Positions 9,195 to 17,813 of a DNA stretch of 64,000 nucleotides are shown piece after piece. Origin of the DNA: Alphaproteobacteria bacterium (lineage in GTDB: Bacteria; Pseudomonadota; Alphaproteobacteria; MPNO01); the NCBI GenBank assembly GCA_964291675.2, contig OZ219866.1, forward strand, positions 2,848,001 through 2,912,000, written 5' to 3'. The translations under genes and the position numbers were made by a program. The stretch's first letter is position 1; the number at the start of each line of letters is the position of its first letter. The notes beneath the pieces are model-generated. The model was not told the DNA's origin. It did not search any database and saw only the letters and a program-made list of their open reading frames with translations.

Positions 9195-10907
9195 CTACCA
9201 GGAAAAGGTCGCGCGGAGGTCGATCGCGTACTCCGTCTCCCGGTCGTCGGCGGTATGCTCGCGGCGTGCCGCGTGCAGACCCAGGCCGCAGCGGGGCACG
9301 GCGCGGAGCCCCGGCTGCAGCCGCCAGCCGAGCGTGTATTCGCGCCCATCGCCGACGAGCTCCAGCCCGGCAGATATGGATTGGCCCGGCGATGCGTGGC
9401 GCAGGGACGCGTTGAGCCCGCCGCTCGTCCCCGCGCCGCCGTCTCCACCGTCGCGGACGAGGCCGACCCCGATCGACGCCGCCAGGCTGCGCCGGAGCCC
9501 CAGCCGAAAGACGCGCGAGCCGTCGAGCCCGAGCCGCAGACGGTCGATTTCGGCCTCCGGGGGATCGCCCCCGCCAACCGCGACCGCCCGGGAGCCGATG
9601 CGCATCGCATAGGCGTCCGCCTTCGCGGAAACCGCGAACCCGTCCGCCTCGTCCGCCGTCAGCAGCGCACCGCCCGCACCCACGGCGGCCATCGACATGT
9701 CCAGACCCGTCCGCCATCGTCCCGGCGGGTCTGAGCGAGCGGCGCCGTCGCCATCGCGAACCGTCATGTCGCCGGTCCAGAAGCCGAACGCGCTCCAGAC
9801 CCACAGCCGGTCATCCACCGCCAATCGCAAGTAGGGATGCACGCCGTGCAGCGAAGCCCCGAATCCGTGGACCCCGTCGGACATCCCCCCGTCCGCGCCG
9901 GACCCGTGCGACAGCGCCACGCCGGCGAGCAGGCGGCCGTGCTCGTAGTCGGCCCCCAACAGCTCCAGACGGCCCTCGCCCGGCGTGCCGCGCGCCCCGG
10001 CGAACTCCAGCGGCGCCGTGCGTCCCCAGCCCGACCGGCGCCCGGCGGCGTCGTCTCCGCCCGAGAACAGGAACGAGCTGCCGGACAGGAGACCGCGCCC
10101 GGTCGTCGACCCGGCGGCACTTTTCCCGGCTTCGCCTTCGGAGAGGCCCGGCATGTCCGGTGCCGACCCGCCGTGCGCATCCTCCTGCGGGCGCGCGCCG
10201 TCCGGACCCGGTGCGAGGTCGACGCGGTATCCGTCCAGGACGAGGTGCGGCTGCCGGCCGCCATCCGCCAGTTGCGCGCCCAGGAGGTCGACGTGCTTCG
10301 AGGCCACCGCACGTCCGAAGCCGGACAGCCAGGCGCCCGCAAGCGCGTCGTTGCCGGCGACGGCCTCCGGCACCGCGGCGCCGGGGACGCTCGTGCCTTC
10401 GTCGGCCCTGCGCAGATCGGAGCGGTTGCAGAGCGTGCTGAGGTCCGCGCAACAGTAGATCCAGCGGATCCGAAATTTGGTCTGACCCGTTCGCCGCGCG
10501 CCGTTATCGAGGTACAGCGTCCGGTCCATCTCCTCTTTCAGGTCGACCTTCGCGACCACCCTGCCGAGCTCCGGGCACAGGTTTTTCACGTAGAAGGTAT
10601 TTTGCCGGAACATGCTGTCATGGTTTTCCCACCAGGCGCTCAGGCATTCGGAGTCGCGGTGGCTCACCCTGTTGCTCTTGCCGCAGGCGGCTTCGACCGC
10701 CGCCGGCAGAACCAGCGCCCCGACCGCCAGCGCGAGCGACAGCTTGAACGGACGCGCCGTCCTCCGTTCGTCCGGCCCGGCGGGCCGGAATTTGCGGCTC
10801 TTGTCGTAAATCGCCCGTCCGGCCCCGCCCGGGAGACGGCCATCCGGCGGGGCGCGCTGCGATGTCGGGAAACGCGGCCGGTCGGATGCCGGCAAGGATG
10901 TGGACAT
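9195..10907 (-). CDS. exported protein: six-Cys N-terminal domain plus autotransporter-like beta-barrel (start uncertain)
   Basis: Signal-like KLSLALAVGALVLPAAVEA; linker helix AWLSGFGRAVAS; barrel strands LLGADYE, LLAGVALSH, VHPYLR, RLRLGLDGSR; aromatic C-terminus RATFSW. Confidence 0.7.
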   Translation of the reverse strand: MSTSLPASDRPRFPTSQRAPPDGRLPGGAGRAIYDKSRKFRPAGPDERRTARPFKLSLALAVGALVLPAAVEAACGKSNRVSHRDSECLSAWWENHDSMFRQNTFYVKNLCPELGRVVAKVDLKEEMDRTLYLDNGARRTGQTKFRIRWIYCCADLSTLCNRSDLRRADEGTSVPGAAVPEAVAGNDALAGAWLSGFGRAVASKHVDLLGAQLADGGRQPHLVLDGYRVDLAPGPDGARPQEDAHGGSAPDMPGLSEGEAGKSAAGSTTGRGLLSGSSFLFSGGDDAAGRRSGWGRTAPLEFAGARGTPGEGRLELLGADYEHGRLLAGVALSHGSGADGGMSDGVHGFGASLHGVHPYLRLAVDDRLWVWSAFGFWTGDMTVRDGDGAARSDPPGRWRTGLDMSMAAVGAGGALLTADEADGFAVSAKADAYAMRIGSRAVAVGGGDPPEAEIDRLRLGLDGSRVFRLGLRRSLAASIGVGLVRDGGDGGAGTSGGLNASLRHASPGQSISAGLELVGDGREYTLGWRLQPGLRAVPRCGLGLHAARREHTADDRETEYAIDLRATFSW

Positions 10908-11315
10908 CTGCCGCTGCGAACGACCCCATCGTCCGTTCGGATGGCGGCCCGGATTGCCTTGCTTCTCGAACATGCTAGCGTTCCTCACGTTGAGGGCGGC
11001 CGGCCGCATGTCCACTGACTGCATGAGGGCATATGGGGCGGCGAAGCGCGGCGTTCCAGTGCGGGCGGCAGGAATTCCGGCGGGGGAGGAATCGCGTACC
11101 GCGCGGAGCCGCCTTCCCGTCGGCCCCGGGCTCGCGAATCGCGTCCGGCCCCCGCGCTACCGTACCCGGTTTCCGCGCCGCCGCGGGCGTTCCCGCCGGT
11201 ACCCCCCGGACAGGACCCCCGACCGCGACGGTCCGGATCGGGGGAGACGGTCACTCTCGCGTTCGACGCCCGAAACGCCCGCCGCTCGTGAGAAATGCCG
11301 GTAGGGAAGTGCCGG

Positions 11316-12110
11316 TCAAACCGACAGCCAGCCGCCGTCGATGGCGAGCGTGTGGCCGGTCACCATCGAGGAGGCCGGGCTCGCCAGATAGAGGATGCCG
11401 CCGGCGAGCTCTTCCGGCTCGCCGAGGCGGCCGAGCGGCGTGCGCGCCTCGATCTCGGCCACCACCTCGGGGCGGCGCTGGCGCATGTCGGCGCCCAGAT
11501 TGGTGTAGAAGAAGGTCGGCGCGATGGCGTTGACCCGGATGCCGCGACCGGCCCATTCGACGGCGAGCGAGCGGGTCATGTTGACGATCGCCCCCTTGCT
11601 CGCCTGGTAGGGGATGTGCGGGAAGATGGCGTTGGCCCGGAACCCCATGATCGAGGCGATCGAGACGATCCGCCCCTCGCCCTGGGCCAGCATGTATTTC
11701 GCCGCCCGCCGGGCGCAGACGAAGGCGGATGTCATGTTGACCTCGATCACGCGGTCCCAGTCCTCGTCCGCGAAGGTCTCGGTCGGCCCGCGGCGGGCGA
11801 TGCCGGCGTTGTTGATCAGGATGTGAAGCCCGCCGAACTGCTCCGCCGCCGCGTCGATCACCGCGTCGATGCGCTTGCGGTCGGCGACGTCGAGCCGCCA
11901 GGGCTGGGCGATCCCGCCGGCCGCGCGGATCTCGTCGGTCACGCGTTCGGCCGCCGCCTCGTCGATATCGGTCACCGCGACATGCGCGCCCGCCCCGGCG
12001 AGCGCAAGCGCCGCGATCCGCCCGAGCCCGCCGCCCGCCCCGGTGACCAGCGCCGAATCGCCGTCGATCCGAAACAGCGTCTCGATCGAGACCTTGTCGA
12101 ACCCCGCCAT
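11316..12110 (-). CDS. SDR family oxidoreductase (KduD/gluconate 5-dehydrogenase-like)
   Basis: TGAGGGLG, NNAG, YQASK, RVNAIAP, TGHTLAIDGG. Confidence 0.93.
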   Translation of the reverse strand: MAGFDKVSIETLFRIDGDSALVTGAGGGLGRIAALALAGAGAHVAVTDIDEAAAERVTDEIRAAGGIAQPWRLDVADRKRIDAVIDAAAEQFGGLHILINNAGIARRGPTETFADEDWDRVIEVNMTSAFVCARRAAKYMLAQGEGRIVSIASIMGFRANAIFPHIPYQASKGAIVNMTRSLAVEWAGRGIRVNAIAPTFFYTNLGADMRQRRPEVVAEIEARTPLGRLGEPEELAGGILYLASPASSMVTGHTLAIDGGWLSV

Positions 12111-12134
12111 GCCTGCCTCCGTGTTCTTCCATCC

Positions 12135-13532
12135 TCAGCCGTCGAGCGGCGGCCGGCGTTCGTTGAGGCCGGCGGCGCGCTCGAAGGCGTGGGCGGTGCG
12201 CAGCACCGTCGCCTCGTCCCAGTGCCGCCCGGCGATCTGCGCGCCGATCGGCGTCCCGTCGGCGAAGAACCCGGCCCGCACCACGTGGCAGGGATGGGCG
12301 GTCAGGTTGAACGGGATGCCGATGGTCGGCACGTCGATGAAGGGGAAGGGCTCGGTGTCGTCGAGCGGCGGCGCCGGCGTCATCATGCCCGTCGTCACCA
12401 CCGCGTCGCAGCGCGCCAGCACCGCTTCGAGCTCGGCCAGCAGCTCGGTCCGCCGGCGCTGCGCCTGGATGTAGTCGACGGCGCGGAACAGGCTGCCCAG
12501 CATCAGCCGGTTGCGCGCGAGCCGGCCGTACTCGTCCCAGCGGGTCTGCAGCCGCTCCTCGTGGATCGCGAAGGCCTCCGCCGGCACCAGCACGCGGCCC
12601 ACCGCATGCCAGTCGATCAGCGGCGAGACCGAGACCTCCTCGATTTCGGCGCCGAGCCCGGCGAGCGTCTCGGCCACCCCGTCGATCGCGCGGACGATCT
12701 CCGGCGGCGAGGCGAAGTCGTCGGTGTAGAAATGCCGGATCAGCCCGATCCGCAACCCCGCCACCCCGTCCTCCAGCCCGGCGAGATAGTCGGGCACCGC
12801 GACATCGGCGCTCATCGGATCGCGCGGATCGTGCCCGGCGAGCGCCTGGAGCATGATCGCGGCGTCCTCGCTGGTCCACGCCATCGGGCCCACGCAGTCG
12901 AAGGAGTAGGTGAGCGGCATGTCGCCATAAGCGCTGACCCGGCCGATGGTGGGCTTGAGCCCGGCGATGCCGCAGAACGCCGCCGGCAGCCGGATCGAGC
13001 CGCCGGCATCGGTGCCGAGCGCGCCGAGGCAGAGCCCGGCGGCGACCGCCGCGCCCGACCCGCTCGACGACCCGCCGGTGATCCGCCCGGTATCCCACGG
13101 GTTGAGCGCCGGCGGGAAGGGCGGCTCGGTCGAGGGCCTGCCGCCGAAGGTGAACTCGTAGGTGTTGAGCTGGCCGAGCGGGACGGCGCCGCCCTGCTTG
13201 AGCCGGGTGAGGACGCCCGCGTCCTCGTCCGCCTCGAAATCGAGCATCACCCGCGAGTTCGAGGTGGTCTTCCTGCCCTTCCAGTAGAACACGTCCTTGA
13301 GCGCCACGGGGATGCCGTGCAGAGGCCCGAGGTCGTCGCCCCGGTCGAGCGCGTCCTCCGCCGCGCGCGCCGCCGCCATCGCCTCCTCGGCGAATACCGC
13401 GTGGTAGCAGTGCAGCGCCCCGTCGTAGCGCTCGATGCGTTCCAGGCAGAGCGCGGCGACCTCCACCGGCGACAGGGTGCCGTCGCGGTAGCCGCGCGCC
13501 GCCGCCGCGATGCTCGGCAGCTCAGCCGTCAT
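12135..13532 (-). CDS. amidase-signature enzyme (GatA/AtzE-like)
   Basis: GIPVALKD, GGSSSGS, GTDAGGSIRLPA (Lys-cisSer-Ser triad); start MTAELP. Confidence 0.93.
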   Translation of the reverse strand: MTAELPSIAAAARGYRDGTLSPVEVAALCLERIERYDGALHCYHAVFAEEAMAAARAAEDALDRGDDLGPLHGIPVALKDVFYWKGRKTTSNSRVMLDFEADEDAGVLTRLKQGGAVPLGQLNTYEFTFGGRPSTEPPFPPALNPWDTGRITGGSSSGSGAAVAAGLCLGALGTDAGGSIRLPAAFCGIAGLKPTIGRVSAYGDMPLTYSFDCVGPMAWTSEDAAIMLQALAGHDPRDPMSADVAVPDYLAGLEDGVAGLRIGLIRHFYTDDFASPPEIVRAIDGVAETLAGLGAEIEEVSVSPLIDWHAVGRVLVPAEAFAIHEERLQTRWDEYGRLARNRLMLGSLFRAVDYIQAQRRRTELLAELEAVLARCDAVVTTGMMTPAPPLDDTEPFPFIDVPTIGIPFNLTAHPCHVVRAGFFADGTPIGAQIAGRHWDEATVLRTAHAFERAAGLNERRPPLDG

Positions 13533-13719
13533 CGGCCGGGGCCGGCGGGGTGAAATGCGGCAGCGTGCGGACTTCCCAGCTCCGTCCCGGGCGGCGGGTG
13601 CGTTCCGCAAGTTGCATCAGCGTGGCGTAGGTCTTGCGAAGATCCGCCTTCTCGTCCTCCGAGACGGGCACGCCCGAGGCGTCGATCAGCGCCTCGAACA
13701 TCGCATCCCGGTCGCTCAT
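13522..13719 (-). CDS. 65-aa small protein, GatC/AtzG-like amidase partner
   Basis: GAGGAG RBS; MSDRDAMFEALIDASGVPVSEDEKADLRKTYATLMQLAERTRR...PHFTP; overlaps the amidase start by 11 nt. Confidence 0.72.
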   Translation of the reverse strand: MSDRDAMFEALIDASGVPVSEDEKADLRKTYATLMQLAERTRRPGRSWEVRTLPHFTPPAPADDG

Positions 13720-13729
13720 CGCGCTCTCC

Positions 13730-15157
13730 TCAGCCCACGGGGTCGATCGGCGTCGCGACCGGGGCGCGCGCCTCGATCGCCTCGCCGGCCGCCAGCAGGC
13801 GTTCCTCGCCGAACCGGGCGGCGACGATCTGCACCCCCACCGGCACCCCGTCGGCGAGGCCGACCGGCACCGACAGCCCGGGCAGGCCCAAGAGCGAGAC
13901 CGCCAGCATCGGCCGGTGCGCGTCCAGCATCTCGCGCATCGCGTCGTCGCCCTTCTGGTCGTGGTCGATGGGGTAGGGGCGCTGCCACGACACCGGCATG
14001 ACCAGGATCGGGTAGCGCTCGAAGAAGCCGTACCACTCGCGCAGCATGGTGGTCCGCGCCGCCAGCGCCCGGACATAGGTCTCGTAGTCGAGGTCCCCGG
14101 CATAGGCGCGGACCGAGCGGCGGGCGCGTTTCACCGCCTCGTCGCCGTAGCGCTCGATCCCGCTCGACGAGGCGGCGCGCTCGGCCGCCGTCGCCGCGCG
14201 CTCCTCGGCCATCAGGATCGGCCAGAACAGCCCCGCCGCCTCGTCGAGCCGGGGCGGGCAGGCTTCCTCCACGTCGTAGCCCGCGTCCTGGAGCCACGTC
14301 CCGGCCTGCCGCACCGCCTCGGTCACGGCGGGATCGGCGTCCACGCCCGGCAGGGCGGTCAGGATGGCGGCGCGGCTGCGACCGGCCTCCGGCTCGCCGA
14401 GCGGCATTGGGACCCACCAGGGATCGCGCGGATCGGCGGCGGCCAGCGCCGCAAGGCCGAGGCGGATGTCGCCCATCGAGCGCGCCAGCGGTCCGTGCAC
14501 GCTGGTCATCTGCGAGGAGATGCCGCGCTCCTCGGCGGCCGAGGGGTTGAAGTCGGGCACCCGGCCGAGGCTCGGGCGCAGCCCGGCGACGCCGCAGGCA
14601 TAGGCCGGGTAGCGCACCGAGCCGGCGCGGTCGTTGCCGTGCCCGATCGGGCCGATGCCGGCGGCCACCGCCGCCGCCGCCCCGCCGCTCGACCCGCCGG
14701 GCGTGCGCCCGGCATCCCACGGGTTGAGCGTCCGCCCGTGCAGATCGTTGTCGGTGAAGTAGCGGGTCGAGAAGCCCGGCACGTTGGTGCGGCCGAGGAT
14801 CACCGCCCCCGCCTTGCGCAGATTGGCCACCGAAGCGCTGTCTTCCTCCGCCGCCATGTTGGCGAAGGCGGTCACCCCGTTGGTGGTCGCCCGGCCGGCA
14901 TAGTCGACATTGATCTTGACCGTGACGGGGACGCCGTGGAGGGTCCCCGGCGCCTCGCCCCGGCGGATCGCCGCGTCCGCCCGGTCGGCGGCGGCCAGCG
15001 CCTCGTCGGCCAGCGGGTCGACCACGGCGTTGATCCCGGGGTTCACCGCATCCAGCCGGGCGAGGCAGCTCTCGGTCGCCTCGCGGCTCGATATCGCGCC
15101 CGTCCGGATGCCCCGGACCAGCTCTTCCGCCGTCCAGCGCCAGAGTTCGTCGCCCAT
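13730..15157 (-). CDS. amidase-signature enzyme (indoleacetamide hydrolase-like)
   Basis: LHGVPVTVKINVD, TPGGSSGG, GNDRAGSVRYPA; start MGDELW. Confidence 0.93.
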   Translation of the reverse strand: MGDELWRWTAEELVRGIRTGAISSREATESCLARLDAVNPGINAVVDPLADEALAAADRADAAIRRGEAPGTLHGVPVTVKINVDYAGRATTNGVTAFANMAAEEDSASVANLRKAGAVILGRTNVPGFSTRYFTDNDLHGRTLNPWDAGRTPGGSSGGAAAAVAAGIGPIGHGNDRAGSVRYPAYACGVAGLRPSLGRVPDFNPSAAEERGISSQMTSVHGPLARSMGDIRLGLAALAAADPRDPWWVPMPLGEPEAGRSRAAILTALPGVDADPAVTEAVRQAGTWLQDAGYDVEEACPPRLDEAAGLFWPILMAEERAATAAERAASSSGIERYGDEAVKRARRSVRAYAGDLDYETYVRALAARTTMLREWYGFFERYPILVMPVSWQRPYPIDHDQKGDDAMREMLDAHRPMLAVSLLGLPGLSVPVGLADGVPVGVQIVAARFGEERLLAAGEAIEARAPVATPIDPVG

Positions 15158-15205
15158 CGCGGCCTCCCGGTTTTTCCCGCCTCGCCAAGTGTCTAGTTTA
15201 GGGAC

Positions 15206-15637
15206 ATGGACGCCTCGCCGGAAGAATACCCGCCCTGGGTGCCGCGCCTGCTGGAGGACACGCCGGTCGCCTCCCTTCTCGGCGCGCAAGCGCTCTCCTG
15301 CGACGCCGCGAGCGGCACCTTCAGGATCGGCTTCGAAGGCAGGGACGCGTTCTGCAACATGCTGGGCGTGCTCCAGGGCGGCATCGTGACGACCATGCTC
15401 GACATGGCGATGTCGTTCTCCGCCATCGCCCGGATGGGCCCCGGGTTCCGCGTGCCGACGCTCGAGTTGAAGACCACCTTCCTCGCGCCCGCCCGGCCCG
15501 GAAGGCTGATCGGCGAGGGCTGGCCGGTGCGGACGGGAAAGACCATCTGCTTCATGGAGGGGCGGCTGCTCGATCCCGACGGCGCCGTGCTCGCCACCGC
15601 CAGCGGCACCGCCCGGGTGTGGCGGGTGGGAGGGTGA
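15206..15637 (+). CDS. PaaI family thioesterase (hotdog fold)
   Basis: NMLGVLQGGIVTTMLD, TLELKTTFLAPA. Confidence 0.9.
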   Translation: MDASPEEYPPWVPRLLEDTPVASLLGAQALSCDAASGTFRIGFEGRDAFCNMLGVLQGGIVTTMLDMAMSFSAIARMGPGFRVPTLELKTTFLAPARPGRLIGEGWPVRTGKTICFMEGRLLDPDGAVLATASGTARVWRVGG

Positions 15638-15640
15638 GCC

Positions 15641-15733
15641 CCTTCGATACGCCCGCCTGCGGCGGGCTACTCAGGATGAGGCCATCCTCCCACACCCTCA
15701 TCCCGAGTAGGCCCGGAGGGTCGTATCGAGGGA
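15641..15733. repeat. inverted REP doublet (GTAG-type)
   Basis: ccttcgatacgcccgcctgcggcgggctactcaggatgagg ... ccctcatcccgagtaggcccggagggtcgtatcgaggga. Confidence 0.9.
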
Positions 15734-15743
15734 CGCCGCGCCG

Positions 15744-16967
15744 GTGAAGGCTTCCACCGCGTTGCGCCGGCCGGCCGCGCTGGTCGCCCTGGTGTGCCTC
15801 GTCGAAGTGCTGACGATGGCCGGTTTCGCGGCCTATTGGTCGCTGCTGCCGGTGCTTCAGCCCGCCTGGCAGATGAGCAACGCCATGGCCGGCTGGCTGT
15901 CCGGCGCGTTCTTCGGCGGCTACGTGCTCGCGGTCCCGTTGCTGTCCGCGGTGACCGACCGGGTGGACGCGCGCCGGATCGTCATCCTGGGTGCCGCGCT
16001 GTCTGCCCTCGGCCTGGCCGGGCTGGCGCTCTTCGCCAACGGGTTCTGGTCGGCCCTGCCGTGGCGCGTGATCGCCGGCGCCGGCCTCGCCGGCAGCTAC
16101 ATGCCGGGGCTCAAGATGCTGACCGACCGGCTGCCCCAGCCCCGGCACGCGCGGGCGGTCGCGTTCTATACCGCGAGCTTCAGCGTCGGCACCGCGCTCT
16201 CCTATTCGCTCGCCGGGGTCGCGCTGGAATGGTTCGGATGGCGCGGCGCGTTTCTGTTCACCGCCGCCGGGCCGGCGCTGTCCGGTCTTCTCCTGGCGGC
16301 GGCGGTCGTGCCGCGCCCGCCCGAGGCGGCGGCCGAGGAACGCAGCCACGTGCTGGACTTCCGCCCGGTCCTGCGCTCGCGCGAGACGATGGGCTACATC
16401 ATCGCCTATGCCGGCCACGGGGCCGAGCTGTTCGCCATGCGCTCCTGGATCGTCCCGTTCCTCGTGTTCTGCCTCGGCGGCGGCGCCTCGTTCGAGCTCG
16501 ACGCCACGCTGTTCGCCACCGTGTTCGCCCTCGTCTCGGTGGTCTCCAGCATCGCCGGCGCGGAGCTCGCCCTGCGCATCGGGCGGGCGCGGCTGATCGC
16601 CTGGGTCATGCTGGGGACCTTCGGGATCGGCGCCGCGGCCGGGTTCTCCTCGCCGCTCCCCTTCGCCGTCGCGGCGTTGCTGTGCCTGCTCTACTCCGCC
16701 GCGATCCAGGCGGATTCGGCGGCGCTCACCGCCGGTGCCGTGGCGACGTCTCCGGCCGGCCATCGCGGCGCGACGCTCGCGGTGCATTCGATATTCGGGT
16801 TCAGCGGCTCCCTGTTCGCCCCGGCGCTGGTCGGGCTGGTGCTCGATCTGGCCGCGCCGCTCGGCGGCGCCAACGCCTGGGGGCTCGCCTTCCTGGCGAT
16901 GGGCTCGATGGCGTTGCTGAGCTTCTTCTGCGCGCTCCCCTTCATGATGCCCCGGCGGGGCCGCTGA
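15744..16967 (+). CDS. MFS transporter
   Basis: About 12 hydrophobic segments; TDRVDARR motif A; GSYMPGLKMLTD. Confidence 0.92.
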   Translation: MKASTALRRPAALVALVCLVEVLTMAGFAAYWSLLPVLQPAWQMSNAMAGWLSGAFFGGYVLAVPLLSAVTDRVDARRIVILGAALSALGLAGLALFANGFWSALPWRVIAGAGLAGSYMPGLKMLTDRLPQPRHARAVAFYTASFSVGTALSYSLAGVALEWFGWRGAFLFTAAGPALSGLLLAAAVVPRPPEAAAEERSHVLDFRPVLRSRETMGYIIAYAGHGAELFAMRSWIVPFLVFCLGGGASFELDATLFATVFALVSVVSSIAGAELALRIGRARLIAWVMLGTFGIGAAAGFSSPLPFAVAALLCLLYSAAIQADSAALTAGAVATSPAGHRGATLAVHSIFGFSGSLFAPALVGLVLDLAAPLGGANAWGLAFLAMGSMALLSFFCALPFMMPRRGR

Positions 16968-16975
16968 CCCCCGTC

Positions 16976-17800
16976 CTACGCGATATTTCGCAGCAGGTCG
17001 GCGATGGCCGGGCCGTGGGTCAGCGTCATCATGTGGCCGGCTCCGGGCAGGTCGACCGTCGACGTGCCGGGGATGGCGCCGGCGATCAGCTCGGAGAGGC
17101 GCGCGTGCAGCCGGTCGGTCGCGCCGCCCCGGATCACGGTGACCGGCGCGGCGATGGCGGCGAGATCGGCGGGGCGCAATCTCAGCCGTCCCACCGCATC
17201 GAGATTGACGGCGAGACGCTCCGGCAAAGCGAGCATCCGGCTCCGCGTCTCCGCGTCGAGGCCGCGCCAGTAGCCCGCCCGGGCGTTGAAGTAGTCGAGA
17301 TAGGCTTCCATCGCCGCGTCGTCGAGGCCGCCGCCGCGCACGGCTGAGATGAAGTCCCGGTTCCGCCCTTCGATCTCCTCCGCCAGGGCGGTCTCGCCGG
17401 CCTCGCGCAGCAGCGGGTAGGGCGCGGGCTCAAGCAAAGTGAGGCGTCCGACGAGCTGCGGCCATGCGAGCGCCAGCACCAGCGCCACCGTGCCGCCATA
17501 GGAGTGGCCGACGACATGGGCGCGAGCCCCGCCGTCCGGCAGCTCGGCGCGGATCACGGCGGCGGCGGCCGCGGCCTCGTCGCGGATGGTCATCGGTTCC
17601 GGGCCCGCGAAGGGCTCGGTCTCGCCATAGCCCGACGGGTTCAGGGCCGCCGTGCGGAAGCGGTCGTTGAGCCGCGCCGCGACCGGCCGCCAGATCGACG
17701 CGCCGCTTGCCCCCGGCGGCAGCAGCGCCATCGGCGGCAGGCCCTCCCGGCCGCCCGCCTCGTAGCTCACCCGGCGGCCGTCGCACTCGGCAAGCGGCAT
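16976..17800 (-). CDS. alpha/beta fold hydrolase
   Basis: VVGHSYGG nucleophile elbow; GAGHMM catalytic His. Confidence 0.92.
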   Translation of the reverse strand: MPLAECDGRRVSYEAGGREGLPPMALLPPGASGASIWRPVAARLNDRFRTAALNPSGYGETEPFAGPEPMTIRDEAAAAAAVIRAELPDGGARAHVVGHSYGGTVALVLALAWPQLVGRLTLLEPAPYPLLREAGETALAEEIEGRNRDFISAVRGGGLDDAAMEAYLDYFNARAGYWRGLDAETRSRMLALPERLAVNLDAVGRLRLRPADLAAIAAPVTVIRGGATDRLHARLSELIAGAIPGTSTVDLPGAGHMMTLTHGPAIADLLRNIA

Positions 17801-17813
17801 GGGGCGCGGCGTC

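Noticed and set aside
11295-11330. Cobalamin-riboswitch-like fragment (agggaagtgccggt)
   Set aside because: No B12 box or downstream core, and it runs into the 3' end of the SDR gene.
12135-13719. gatA/gatC of the tRNA-dependent amidotransferase
   Set aside because: No gatB, the context is catabolic, and the small protein lacks the typical GatC N-terminus.
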